From the IMG/VR virus record IMGVR_UViG_3300026549_000895, positions 1 to 64,000 of that record: a stretch of DNA of 64,000 nt. One strand, written 5' to 3'. The position numbers and the translations under genes were made by a program. Source of the stretch: a virus (Duplodnaviria; Caudoviricetes). Below the pieces are notes generated by a model. The model was not told the DNA's origin. It saw only the letters and a program-made list of their open reading frames with translations, and did no database searches. Positions 29,991 through 39,829 of the stretch are shown piece after piece (the stretch's first letter is position 1; every line of letters begins with the position of its first letter).

Positions 29991-31787
29991 TCATTGGGGA
30001 ATATATCCATTCGGAAGTTGTTTGGGTGTAAGACCAGCATCAAATATGAATGCCTTTGTTGTTAAGAGATACTTAACAATTGATATGGAAGCTCTGAGAA
30101 CTTCAAGATCATACTGAGTTGATGTGCAGAACTTTGATGAAGTAGACACGTCATCCTTTATAACATCATATGAAACATAATATGTATCAAGAGTACATAT
30201 CAAAGTATTATAGTCTTCCAGATTAAAGTCAGAACCGTATTTCGATGTGTAAATGATTTCAACCATCTTTCTTAATGATGTATAGAACACTTCGAGAACC
30301 TGTTCAAATTTCTCATCATCTTTGTTATGATCTTTGAAATCAAGAATACGACGAACTCCATACTGAAATGAGTTTGGAACTGTTCCGAAATCGAAAGCTG
30401 ATTCTATGATATGAACACAGTCATCTATCTTGTCAGCGATGAACTTAGATTCCAGATAGGACTCACAAGTTACTGTTACCAGAGTATCCTCATGCTCAAA
30501 ACGTAAATCAGATATACGCTTCTCATATTCTTTTCTACCTGCAGGAGTCAGAGTTTCATCATTTCTGAGATCAGCTTCAAGCTGTTTGATATAATCCTTC
30601 GGAGGTTCCTTCAGGTCATAGAAACATAAGCATTTCTCATCATATACTGAAACAATGGCTTCAGGAAGTTCTTCATGTTTAATAGTATATGCTGCATTAA
30701 GAGGATGATCTTCTGTTTTGAGAATGGCTGCCAAATCCTCGATATCAGTCTTTGCATGATAAGAAGTTGTGCAAGCAAAGAACATTGTAGCATCTTTCTT
30801 AACCAATGCCATCTGCTTCAGATATGTCAAGTAATCCTCATCCATGAATTCCTTTGTATAGCTTCTTGCAATAACAAGAGTTGGAGTCTCTCTGTCGTAA
30901 TCCTTATACAAATTCATCCAATCAGAATGATTGAATTTATGATTATACAGAATTATTCTCATCTTTGATTTACCAGCTAAAGCCAGAGCAAAGTCTTCTG
31001 CCATGGATATGGATATTCTATAATCACCCGGAAGGTAATCTATTGTATACATATCCACACCCATCTTAGAAGAATCAGTCTTCTGGTTTGTTATGATAGA
31101 TCTGATAGATGTAACATTTCCGTTTTCATCGAACTTCGGATCAAAAGCCTTCGATAAGATATTCATCATTTCATCATCATAGTTTGAAGCTACTCCGATG
31201 ATAGAATTAAAGTTATCTTTGTTGAGAGGAGTAATCAGGGCGTTTTCCTTATCAAACTCTGAAGAATCAGATACAAGATACTTCTCAACCTTGTTCAGAT
31301 AATTGAACATATTTCTCTTGTCATCAGGAGTTATGCATAACTCACGAAGACGCTTATACAGTTCATTTGCAAGTAAGATACAAGTTGTTGTACCATCACC
31401 AACATTTGAATTTACTCTCTCACATATCTTCTTGATTGTAAGATATACAAGTCTCTGATAAGGGTTCGAGAAATGCAAACTCTCAACAGTTTTGAAACCA
31501 TCCTTCGTTGTAGAGTTATCACTCATTTCGGATATCATAACCTGTGAGCCGTAAGGACCATAAGTGCATCTGAGAGCCTGACACATTGTTTCGAAGGTTT
31601 CTAATACCAAAGCATTGAAATCCTCTTCAGGAATCATATTAATGTTTTTCTCTCTGGAATATCTCGTAAAGTCCATTGGTTGATTGGGTATGGGTAAGTT
31701 TGGTCTTTTGTATTCTGATGAAACTTCCGTGTTCGGGTGAATTACCTCGCTTTCATTCTTTTTCTTTTTGTGTTTGAACCAACTCAT
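29991..31787 (-). CDS. groEL: GroEL-like phage chaperonin
   Basis: TYGPYG, TKDG, GDGTTT ATP-binding motifs; 598 aa. Confidence 0.9.
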   Translation of the reverse strand: MSWFKHKKKKNESEVIHPNTEVSSEYKRPNLPIPNQPMDFTRYSREKNINMIPEEDFNALVLETFETMCQALRCTYGPYGSQVMISEMSDNSTTKDGFKTVESLHFSNPYQRLVYLTIKKICERVNSNVGDGTTTCILLANELYKRLRELCITPDDKRNMFNYLNKVEKYLVSDSSEFDKENALITPLNKDNFNSIIGVASNYDDEMMNILSKAFDPKFDENGNVTSIRSIITNQKTDSSKMGVDMYTIDYLPGDYRISISMAEDFALALAGKSKMRIILYNHKFNHSDWMNLYKDYDRETPTLVIARSYTKEFMDEDYLTYLKQMALVKKDATMFFACTTSYHAKTDIEDLAAILKTEDHPLNAAYTIKHEELPEAIVSVYDEKCLCFYDLKEPPKDYIKQLEADLRNDETLTPAGRKEYEKRISDLRFEHEDTLVTVTCESYLESKFIADKIDDCVHIIESAFDFGTVPNSFQYGVRRILDFKDHNKDDEKFEQVLEVFYTSLRKMVEIIYTSKYGSDFNLEDYNTLICTLDTYYVSYDVIKDDVSTSSKFCTSTQYDLEVLRASISIVKYLLTTKAFIFDAGLTPKQLPNGYIPQ

Positions 31788-32443
31788 TTTTCTTTTCTTC
31801 CTTTCTGGATATTATTTATTTTATCTGATTTTGCATCAGATGAATTCATTTGTTTTAAAATATCTTCCTTTTTCAATGAACCATTAAAAGATACTTTCAT
31901 TTTGGGAAGTTCAGAGCTTCTGTAATATTCTTCTATGATGTCGACACCAGCTTCCATCCGAGCCATATCATATGTCAAAAGTATGAAAGCTCTGTGAGCA
32001 ATAGTACAAATAGCCATTGCATGATTATACATGATATTGGTATATACTTTCATAACCTCTTGATTTACTTCAGGCGGTAAGTAAGGAATATCTTCACATT
32101 CATTCAGCGGCGGTGGCAAGTTCTTGATGAATGCTCGTCTCACATCTTTATACCCCATAATCGAACAATGTATGTTTTCACATTTGGTGATTATGTCCGT
32201 TCCTGACAAGATTTCAGATGGCTTGGCAAATCTGTGATTTACATATACGCGCATATACTCATGTAACTGATTATTCAGCATTATCATTAAATCATCAAAT
32301 TCTGGCGCATTATAATTAGCATCTCTTAACATAGACTCAATGTTCCTTACTATTTGCAATGTGCCTCTGACAATCCTCAAGAATGAGTCAAGGTCTCTCT
32401 TGTCTTGTCGTCGATGAATCAATCGTTTTAACTTGTTTGACAT
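31784..32443 (-). CDS. Hypothetical protein coupled to chaperonin
   Basis: 219 aa, stop overlaps chaperonin start (ATGA). Confidence 0.6.
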   Translation of the reverse strand: MSNKLKRLIHRRQDKRDLDSFLRIVRGTLQIVRNIESMLRDANYNAPEFDDLMIMLNNQLHEYMRVYVNHRFAKPSEILSGTDIITKCENIHCSIMGYKDVRRAFIKNLPPPLNECEDIPYLPPEVNQEVMKVYTNIMYNHAMAICTIAHRAFILLTYDMARMEAGVDIIEEYYRSSELPKMKVSFNGSLKKEDILKQMNSSDAKSDKINNIQKGRKEK

Positions 32444-32479
32444 ATTATCACATCCTTTCGTCTTAGCAATATATATACG

Positions 32480-33550
32480 TCAAATCTCTATTATCCTGAG
32501 AAAAACTGTGTTCTTTATTAATGAATATCTATATCTAATATCTAACGATATATTCTGATCATAAACAAATGTGGTATCTCTAAATCTATGGAAAACTGCA
32601 TCTTCCACTGATATCATATTCGCTGGATTTACATTTGTCCCAGCATACAATTTTGACGTCTGTTCATATGTTATATTGAACCTTTGAACCAATTGACAGT
32701 TATGCATTCTGAATAATGGTATGTCACCAACGTTGTTGTCAAGAGTCATAATCGTTCCAGTATGAAAATTACTTTCACCAGGTTGATTTCCTTTATAAGA
32801 CATTGAAGATCTTTTATCTGTAATAATAAACTTTTGGTTTTTCTTCAATGGGGAATTGCGTTGTTTATCATTTACTTCTTTGAGAATAACTGGATTGTTG
32901 GTTATGTGCTGAGTCATGTCCATACGTCCATAACTTCTTTTAGCTAACTTTATTTTTGTTATTCCACATTTAAATCTCTTTTCTATTCCACGAGATTCAA
33001 CACCGTACAATCTTCGTGAATAAGCAGTCATCCAATTTTGTTTGGATAATGAATCTGTTATTGTTGGATATACAGAGAATGGAAAACCTCCAACATCAAA
33101 CGGATCTGAAACAACAAAGACTTTGCAAGTTACCTGTTTCAGAATCTCATCAAGATACTCATATTCAATCAGCTGAGCATTGTTAATTACGATTACATCA
33201 ACTCCAAAGAATTTTTCTTTATCAAGAACCTTTGAAACATACTGTTGTACAGGATCAAAATTAGGAGCAAATGTATCTGTAGATGATAGAGTTATTAAAT
33301 CAAAAAACAAGTCTCGATAATAAAGATATCGAATAGGTTTATTTCTGTTCAAAACGACATTGTCTTGACACCCATCTATGAACATAATTTCTTTAGTTGC
33401 ATCCTGAGCAAGTAATGCAGCTCGTGCAACATATCTGAATATGTCTGTTCCAACAATTCCACCACAATAGAAAACTTGTTCATTATCATTACAAGCGAAA
33501 TCTTGTAAATTTTCAATCATTTCAGGTATCTCAATTATGTTATATTTCAT
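32480..33550 (-). CDS. Degenerate SF1B (Dda/RecD-like) helicase homolog
   Basis: Start reassigned to ATG 33550; GGIVGTDIF, VIVINNAQLI, FVVSDPFD, ANMISVEDA, YRYSLIKN fall in the order of SF1 motifs I, II, III, V, VI but lack catalytic residues. Confidence 0.6.
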   Translation of the reverse strand: MKYNIIEIPEMIENLQDFACNDNEQVFYCGGIVGTDIFRYVARAALLAQDATKEIMFIDGCQDNVVLNRNKPIRYLYYRDLFFDLITLSSTDTFAPNFDPVQQYVSKVLDKEKFFGVDVIVINNAQLIEYEYLDEILKQVTCKVFVVSDPFDVGGFPFSVYPTITDSLSKQNWMTAYSRRLYGVESRGIEKRFKCGITKIKLAKRSYGRMDMTQHITNNPVILKEVNDKQRNSPLKKNQKFIITDKRSSMSYKGNQPGESNFHTGTIMTLDNNVGDIPLFRMHNCQLVQRFNITYEQTSKLYAGTNVNPANMISVEDAVFHRFRDTTFVYDQNISLDIRYRYSLIKNTVFLRIIEI

Positions 33551-33635
33551 ATAATCACATCCATTTGGGAAGAAAGTTTTAAGTTGGGTCGGGGGCTTTC
33601 GCCCCCGCACCTTCTACATTGGGAGTAGTTAATGA

Positions 33636-34268
33636 TTAAAGATTGTAAAGCACATCGAGTGAAACAGGCTGACGTGTTTCTCCTTCATGGCTGATTACAG
33701 GGAACCACATGAAGTCGTTCTCATCATGTCCGAATACATTGGAATACGGAATACAGAAGTCTCCGTCAATCTTTCCTGTTGCAGGATCCTCGAGCATCTG
33801 CTCAATAATCTTCTCAGGACGAAGGAAACCGATGTGATATGGATAACCGTCTACAGGATTGATCTCTGTAAACTTGATGATTGCGTCGAGTGCACGCATA
33901 TCGATTCCTCTCTCCCACAGCTGAGCCAGAACCTCATAAGACTGCTTTGCCTGAGCAATGTTCTTCGGGAACATGAAAGGCCTGAGAAGATTAATTACAT
34001 CCTTATCATAATCACGGAACATACTCTCCTGAGCAAGCAGCTTATCTACAGCATTCTTAGGATTCTGATTTATCAGAATATTCTTAGAATGAATGGAGAT
34101 TCTGATTACTGCATATGAGCCAACGCCGTTTGGTGAATTCCACTTACGAACATCGAGTCCGTGAAGTTTGAATCCGAGTACATCATCCTCGAGATATCTC
34201 CTGATGTCAGCACATGTGATAGGATAAATATCCTTTTTGATTCTTTCGATATTTGCACGATTTGCCAT
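33636..34268 (-). CDS. Hypothetical protein
   Basis: 210 aa, AAGGAGG RBS, hairpin at 33591-33606 downstream. Confidence 0.65.
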   Translation of the reverse strand: MANRANIERIKKDIYPITCADIRRYLEDDVLGFKLHGLDVRKWNSPNGVGSYAVIRISIHSKNILINQNPKNAVDKLLAQESMFRDYDKDVINLLRPFMFPKNIAQAKQSYEVLAQLWERGIDMRALDAIIKFTEINPVDGYPYHIGFLRPEKIIEQMLEDPATGKIDGDFCIPYSNVFGHDENDFMWFPVISHEGETRQPVSLDVLYNL

Positions 34269-34291
34269 GGAATAAATCCTCCTTATGAAAT

Positions 34292-34663
34292 TTATATTTG
34301 TAATATGATGTAGATGGCGAGCACTTTAATAATATTCTTTTGCTGTGCTGACAGTTCATCATATTTTACACCGTATATTCCGGATGAAAGACGGTTAATC
34401 AATTCATCCGGAATTTCATCATCTACCGTTTTCTTATGAAGCTCAGCACTGAGTTCATCTTCGGTAAAGTTCTCAAGATATGCAGTGACATATGTGACTT
34501 TCATATTACCAAGTCTATTTTTCTTGGCTGATAAATCATTGATAATATTACTTGTAATAGACAGTATTTTCGGATTTGTTATCATTGTCGAATCCGTTGT
34601 TGGAGATACTTCCATATCAAGTGTGATATTATCACAGAACTGCTGGAAAGTCATGTCCTTCAT
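34292..34663 (-). CDS. Hypothetical protein
   Basis: 123 aa, overlaps the stop of the upstream gene. Confidence 0.6.
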   Translation of the reverse strand: MKDMTFQQFCDNITLDMEVSPTTDSTMITNPKILSITSNIINDLSAKKNRLGNMKVTYVTAYLENFTEDELSAELHKKTVDDEIPDELINRLSSGIYGVKYDELSAQQKNIIKVLAIYIILQI

Positions 34664-35235
34664 CTATATCCGCCTCCATATCCAAAGCCATCATCAGGAA
34701 ATGCATAATTCCTTTCGTCATATTCAGAACGATAAGGATTCTGCTGTTGTGGTTGTGCCTGATACTGTGACTGTGAAGAATATCCTCCCATACCATATGA
34801 CGCAGAAGAGTTTCCGCCATTTGTATTATAATTTACAGCATTATTCACTCTGCGTGTCTGTTGCTGAGGTGCATATCCACCATTACGATACGCCGGCGCT
34901 GATCTCTGCTGAGATCTGTTGCTGTACGGAACCGGATCACTTGCATATCCATATCCATAAGAATAAGGATTGGTATTCTGCGGTCTATTATTGTATCCGC
35001 GATTTGGTCCTGCCTGATAAGGCTCTGATGCATAACCAACATCATTTCTACGTGAAGTTGGATCGCATGACTGTGCACTTCTCTGAGATCTCCTGTTATC
35101 ACTAACTGGAGTATCGAACAAAGAATCCATATCAGGTGATTCTACTCTTCTGGCTTCAGATGCCATGTCAATACCAGCTTTCGCCATGCCTGACAGAAGA
35201 TCAAATACCTGATCAGCTGAAATGTTTCTGTCCAT
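34660..35235 (-). CDS. Prion-like Y/G/Q/N/R/S-rich disordered protein
   Basis: AAAGGAG RBS; short N-terminal helix followed by low-complexity tail. Confidence 0.7.
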   Translation of the reverse strand: MDRNISADQVFDLLSGMAKAGIDMASEARRVESPDMDSLFDTPVSDNRRSQRSAQSCDPTSRRNDVGYASEPYQAGPNRGYNNRPQNTNPYSYGYGYASDPVPYSNRSQQRSAPAYRNGGYAPQQQTRRVNNAVNYNTNGGNSSASYGMGGYSSQSQYQAQPQQQNPYRSEYDERNYAFPDDGFGYGGGYR

Positions 35236-35324
35236 TGTGTATCACTCCTTTAAATATTAAATTTATATTTCATCATTCTTCGATTAATGATAATCATAAG
35301 TTATCCTCTCTGAATGATTAAATA

Positions 35325-36185
35325 TCATATTACATTTCCAACATAATTCTCAGGAATATATGTTGTTTCTGTTCCATTCTCGAGTTCTTTACGACGTCTA
35401 TTGATATCGTAATCTATCTCGGGAGTTGTTACTCGGGAATATCCATGATCTTCTTCCCAGATATATTTGTCAAGGCTTTCGATATAATCATCTGACCACA
35501 TATCTCGTTCTTTATCAACAAGAAGGTCCTTGTACGCTCTGGAAGCATCAGATTCTTCCTTTGTATAACCATATGCATCTACATATTGATTATTATTCCA
35601 ATAATCATTTTGTGGATAAGATGAGAGCACAGGCTGGTCATATGATGAGAATGGATTCAGATTTGCATATGGAGGATGATGGTGTAATATATTTTCATCC
35701 ACTAAAGGTGTGTCATCATACCTTCTTCCAAACATATCAAATCTATGGTTGGATAAATCCGGATTGAACATCGGTCCATAAAGAGTTCCATATCCATGAT
35801 AAGGATCTGAATAGATATCATAATTCTGATATCTCGGATCATTTATAATATCAGGATTTACGCGATAAAGATTCTTTAAGAAAGCTGCTGAATCACTAAC
35901 CTTTACCTGTGTCGGAGGATAAGATGTATATCCATATCCGTATGATTCATTGTTATACGTATACGGATTTCTTTCCGGAGTCGGAGCCGGATCAAGAGGC
36001 GTTGGTCCTCTCGAATCATTCATTATTCCATCTCTATTTGTGATGGGTTCGTACGTATGAGAATCTATAACAGTCCACTCACGTGTGAATATCTTAAATA
36101 TTCCACCAAAGATTCCCTTGAAGATTGCTTTAATTCCTCTGCCTATGAAACAGAAGAAATTACCTATAGCATTAAAAAATCCCAT
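35325..36185 (-). CDS. Protein with N-terminal amphipathic helix and Y/P/D/N-rich disordered region
   Basis: MGFFNAIGNFFCFIGRGIKAIFKGIFGGIFKIF; AAAGGA RBS; promoter motif at ~36254-36278. Confidence 0.65.
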   Translation of the reverse strand: MGFFNAIGNFFCFIGRGIKAIFKGIFGGIFKIFTREWTVIDSHTYEPITNRDGIMNDSRGPTPLDPAPTPERNPYTYNNESYGYGYTSYPPTQVKVSDSAAFLKNLYRVNPDIINDPRYQNYDIYSDPYHGYGTLYGPMFNPDLSNHRFDMFGRRYDDTPLVDENILHHHPPYANLNPFSSYDQPVLSSYPQNDYWNNNQYVDAYGYTKEESDASRAYKDLLVDKERDMWSDDYIESLDKYIWEEDHGYSRVTTPEIDYDINRRRKELENGTETTYIPENYVGNVI

Positions 36186-36335
36186 GAGATTATATTCCTT
36201 TCTATTTAATTTATCAATATTGATTTTATTAAATGAGACAATTCCTTATCCCATCCATCTAAAGTATATACATATATAAAATATATTATTCCCCGGGATT
36301 AACCCGGGGAATATTTAACATACTTTCTTTTGTTT

Positions 36336-37262
36336 TTATTCATTATTTAATTTAGACACGGCAAAATCCGAAGTCTTTTTATATGTTGATTTGATATATT
36401 GAGAAGCCGGAGCATGATAAACATCAATTTGATATACTTTATATTCTTCATTGTCATCAAATATGTGGATGTCCATTATGTTGGTTTCATCCTGAGATAG
36501 GAATATGAACAAATCATCATTCTGTTCTGGTGCATCCTGAGAGTCCATCAATTCACAAGGAATTAGTAATCTTGATACTGCTTCGGATACTTTCTCACAC
36601 AATACACAATCAGGATGAAAACTGATAAGAGTTTTCATTATTTCTGACGGATTGCTATTCTCGCTACTTTCACTTACTAACATATCAACGAAGTTGGTAT
36701 GTAAACCTATACTCAAGCATTTCTGGATATTTTGTTTTTCCATATCTCGAGCAAAAGCCTCAGCGTCAAAGTCTGCGTTCTCATCAAGTCCGACAGTATT
36801 AAAGGCTTCTCCTTTTGGAGTAGTTAACCTTATGAATTCATTCGCAACCTTTTCGATGCTCGTGATGATTGAAGGTATTTCTTTTCTCATTATAGGTTGA
36901 GTTAATTCATAGATTGTCGCGATTGCTTCTGCAACTGAAACTTGAACATTGCATGTCCATCTTTTACCTTCATCAAGATATCTGGACAAGCAATTACGGT
37001 TTTCTGTCATTCTGTAAATTGAATTTCTGACATACTTGAAAGCTATCATTTCTTTTAATGTCATTTTGATTCCCACGCTGAAAAATACCTTCTCTTCAAG
37101 CATTGGACATCTCTGTTGCATCTCCAATATTTTCTGAAGATTCTTTATAGGGTCTTTAAATAATGGATATAAATCATGTGTGGTTATTATTTTTAAACCT
37201 TCGCCTGGAACTGAAATGATTCCATCTTTAACGAGACCTTTAACTTCCATAATTTTATACAC
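36336..37262 (-). CDS. Hypothetical early protein
   Basis: 308 aa; promoter motif at ~37318-37342, hairpin at 36289-36311. Confidence 0.6.
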   Translation of the reverse strand: MYKIMEVKGLVKDGIISVPGEGLKIITTHDLYPLFKDPIKNLQKILEMQQRCPMLEEKVFFSVGIKMTLKEMIAFKYVRNSIYRMTENRNCLSRYLDEGKRWTCNVQVSVAEAIATIYELTQPIMRKEIPSIITSIEKVANEFIRLTTPKGEAFNTVGLDENADFDAEAFARDMEKQNIQKCLSIGLHTNFVDMLVSESSENSNPSEIMKTLISFHPDCVLCEKVSEAVSRLLIPCELMDSQDAPEQNDDLFIFLSQDETNIMDIHIFDDNEEYKVYQIDVYHAPASQYIKSTYKKTSDFAVSKLNNE

Positions 37263-37373
37263 TCCTTTTATTATTTGACGAATTCATAATCCCAAATACA
37301 TACTCGTATGGGTTGATTTCATATTAAATATGTATATACAAAATAATTTTCTTTATAGAAAGGAGAAAAAATA

Positions 37374-39164
37374 ATGGCGAAGAATAAGTATATTCTCCCG
37401 GGTGTTGGGGAACAGATTGAATCTGAAGATGGTACTAACAGCATGTACCAATCCACACCTTTATTACACGATTATTCAACTCGCTTATTTGGAGCTCCAC
37501 CACAATTAACTCGTTTAAATGATATGAGACTTCTTTCTTCAACAGAAGATTCCGAAGGTGCTGTTGGAGATTATTATTTGGAAAGAGTTCTTCGTACTGC
37601 TCAGGTTGCAAACTTCTGTGTTGGTAGAGCAATCTTCACAGGTGGTATGTCATCACTTGCAAACGTTATCAGAGTATGTGGTCAATATGCATATGCTTTA
37701 TCCAAGTATGACATTTATGGTCAAAACGGTGCTGCCAAAACTGGAGGTGCTGCAAAAGCTGCTCAACAAATGAATTCTTTACAGGCATATCAAAATGCTT
37801 TAAATGCCGACGATAATTTCAAAACAACATTCAAATTCACAACGTCGGGTTCTAAATTGGGACTTGATGTTGATGAGGGTGCTGGTGTATATGATATCTC
37901 CGGAATAGGAGCCGATTCATTTATCAAGTCAATCGCTGACAGTATAGACAGTGGTAGTGGTGGAGGAGCAGCCTGGAGTTCTGGTGATGGTAAAGTTACT
38001 GGAACAATCATGTCCGCATTGTTAACTTCATTCTCCGTTCAACAGCCATTCTACACATTCTCTTCTGACTGGTCAACATATATCAACAATGTTAAGATGA
38101 TGATAAACACCGCAGTTATTATGCTCGGTTTACAGAACGCATGTGTTCGAATAGGTGATTACTATTATCCCATTGCATTGAATGTAAAAGAAACCAAGGA
38201 AGATGATTGTTGGGCTAACTACAGATATATTACGCCAACTGCTCAACTGGGTGATGTAACTGCAGCAGATGGACAAAAAGGAGACACTCAACAATATGTT
38301 TCCTTCATGGTAAACAACCCTACTGGTATTCAAGAATCATACACAAATAGTGTTGGGGATTCAATGATATATTCTAACTTCATCAATCAGGGTACACAAT
38401 ACGGAAATGAAATTGCATTCATCACAAATTCATCTGTAAATAAAATTGATGATTCGGTAATAAACCTGATGGGAAAAGCTACAAACGTTGCTGAAAGTAT
38501 TCTGTCAAGTTTGTCTGGAGGTGCCGGTAGATTCACTGCAGCTATACTCGGTTCAATGTCTCGTTCATTTACAGGTGATCATACAATCTATCCCCAAGTA
38601 TTCCAGAGTCATACAACTCAATCATCTGTAACTATTCCGATTACATTAACAGCTTCAAACGGAGGAGCATATGCTTATCTGACTGAGATACTTGTTCCTA
38701 TGTTCTTCTTAATGGGTATGGCATTGCCTCGCTTATCAAAAAATAATGCTGCGGCATATGCATATCCTCCCGTTGTACAATGTTCAATTCCTGGCACATG
38801 GGGAACTCGTCTGGGAATGGTAACTCAGTTATCTATTAATAAGAATCCAAATGGTGATACTCGTTCTATTAATGGATGGCCTACTCAAGTTACCATTTCT
38901 CTCACAGTAACAGATTTAGAGCATACATTAGTTACTTCACCAATGAATGAAGTTGCTACATTCTTGAACAACAATACGATGTTCGATTACATTGCTCAAT
39001 GTGCCGCTGTTGACAAGTACAGAGTAAATGGTGCTGTTAGACTTGTTTCAAAGTTAACACTTGCATCTTCTGCTATGAACAACTTCCTCCAGAATCTCGG
39101 AGATGGTATTGCAACAGACTGGCATATGCTCGGAAACAGAATCACTGGAAATTATCTCGTATAA
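37374..39164 (+). CDS. Putative baseplate/tail virion protein
   Basis: LFGAPPQ, IYPQVF, AYPPVVQC...LGMVTQLSINK...PTQVTISLTVTDL resemble tube-fold baseplate proteins. Confidence 0.5.
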   Translation: MAKNKYILPGVGEQIESEDGTNSMYQSTPLLHDYSTRLFGAPPQLTRLNDMRLLSSTEDSEGAVGDYYLERVLRTAQVANFCVGRAIFTGGMSSLANVIRVCGQYAYALSKYDIYGQNGAAKTGGAAKAAQQMNSLQAYQNALNADDNFKTTFKFTTSGSKLGLDVDEGAGVYDISGIGADSFIKSIADSIDSGSGGGAAWSSGDGKVTGTIMSALLTSFSVQQPFYTFSSDWSTYINNVKMMINTAVIMLGLQNACVRIGDYYYPIALNVKETKEDDCWANYRYITPTAQLGDVTAADGQKGDTQQYVSFMVNNPTGIQESYTNSVGDSMIYSNFINQGTQYGNEIAFITNSSVNKIDDSVINLMGKATNVAESILSSLSGGAGRFTAAILGSMSRSFTGDHTIYPQVFQSHTTQSSVTIPITLTASNGGAYAYLTEILVPMFFLMGMALPRLSKNNAAAYAYPPVVQCSIPGTWGTRLGMVTQLSINKNPNGDTRSINGWPTQVTISLTVTDLEHTLVTSPMNEVATFLNNNTMFDYIAQCAAVDKYRVNGAVRLVSKLTLASSAMNNFLQNLGDGIATDWHMLGNRITGNYLV

Positions 39165-39173
39165 AAGAAAAAA

Positions 39174-39201
39174 GAAAACCCCGCCAATCGGCGGGGTTTC
39201 T
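39174..39201. terminator. Bidirectional terminator
   Basis: aaaccccgcc-aatc-ggcggggttt between convergent genes. Confidence 0.8.
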
Positions 39202-39202
39202 C

Positions 39203-39580
39203 TTACCATTCATAATTCGAATGGTAGCATCTTGCATCTGGTCGCATGATAATGAGCTGCTGGCCAGCGCCAGGCCACTCTCCGACTTTTACTTTCCAAC
39301 CGAAACTTTTGATTCTTTCGACTGCCTTCATTGAAAGATCATCACCTTTTATAAAGTCAATGTTCGGTTTTCTGCAACCAAACCACGGATCGATGAATTC
39401 GCTTTTCGGCTTTTCATATCGATAGCAAAGATAGGTTGCAATTTTCTTTGGGTCATTCCAATGCTTCTCGAGTTTGTGTTCAAAGAATTTATCATGGTCG
39501 CACATTAACTTCAGTGCATCACCAAATGATCTGAACGCGTTGATCATATGCATTGTATCTGTAGTAGTGTTGTTATTCAT
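39203..39580 (-). CDS. Hypothetical early protein
   Basis: AAGGAGG RBS; own promoter motif at 39734-39758. Confidence 0.6.
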   Translation of the reverse strand: MNNNTTTDTMHMINAFRSFGDALKLMCDHDKFFEHKLEKHWNDPKKIATYLCYRYEKPKSEFIDPWFGCRKPNIDFIKGDDLSMKAVERIKSFGWKVKVGEWPGAGQQLIIMRPDARCYHSNYEW

Positions 39581-39829
39581 ATTTTAGCCCCTCCTTAAGG
39601 CTCATGGTCTTATTGTGGTAGACCAAACCATTTTAGATATTTGGATGTTCATCCCGGTTATACATCTACCACCAAGGTTATTACCCCGGTAGGACTCATC
39701 CCGTAGATGATGATATAAGTATTTATTCTTATATCATATTAATAATATATATTTAAAAAGGCAAAAAATTTATTCTTCTTTTTGTTAGCATAGATAATTC
39801 CCCTCCATACGGAGGGGAATATAATCTAC

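Noticed and set aside
34485-35105. 206-aa plus-strand ORF and many other 60-190 aa ORFs overlapping long genes
   Set aside because: Antisense or out-of-frame shadows without RBS, overlapping better-supported genes
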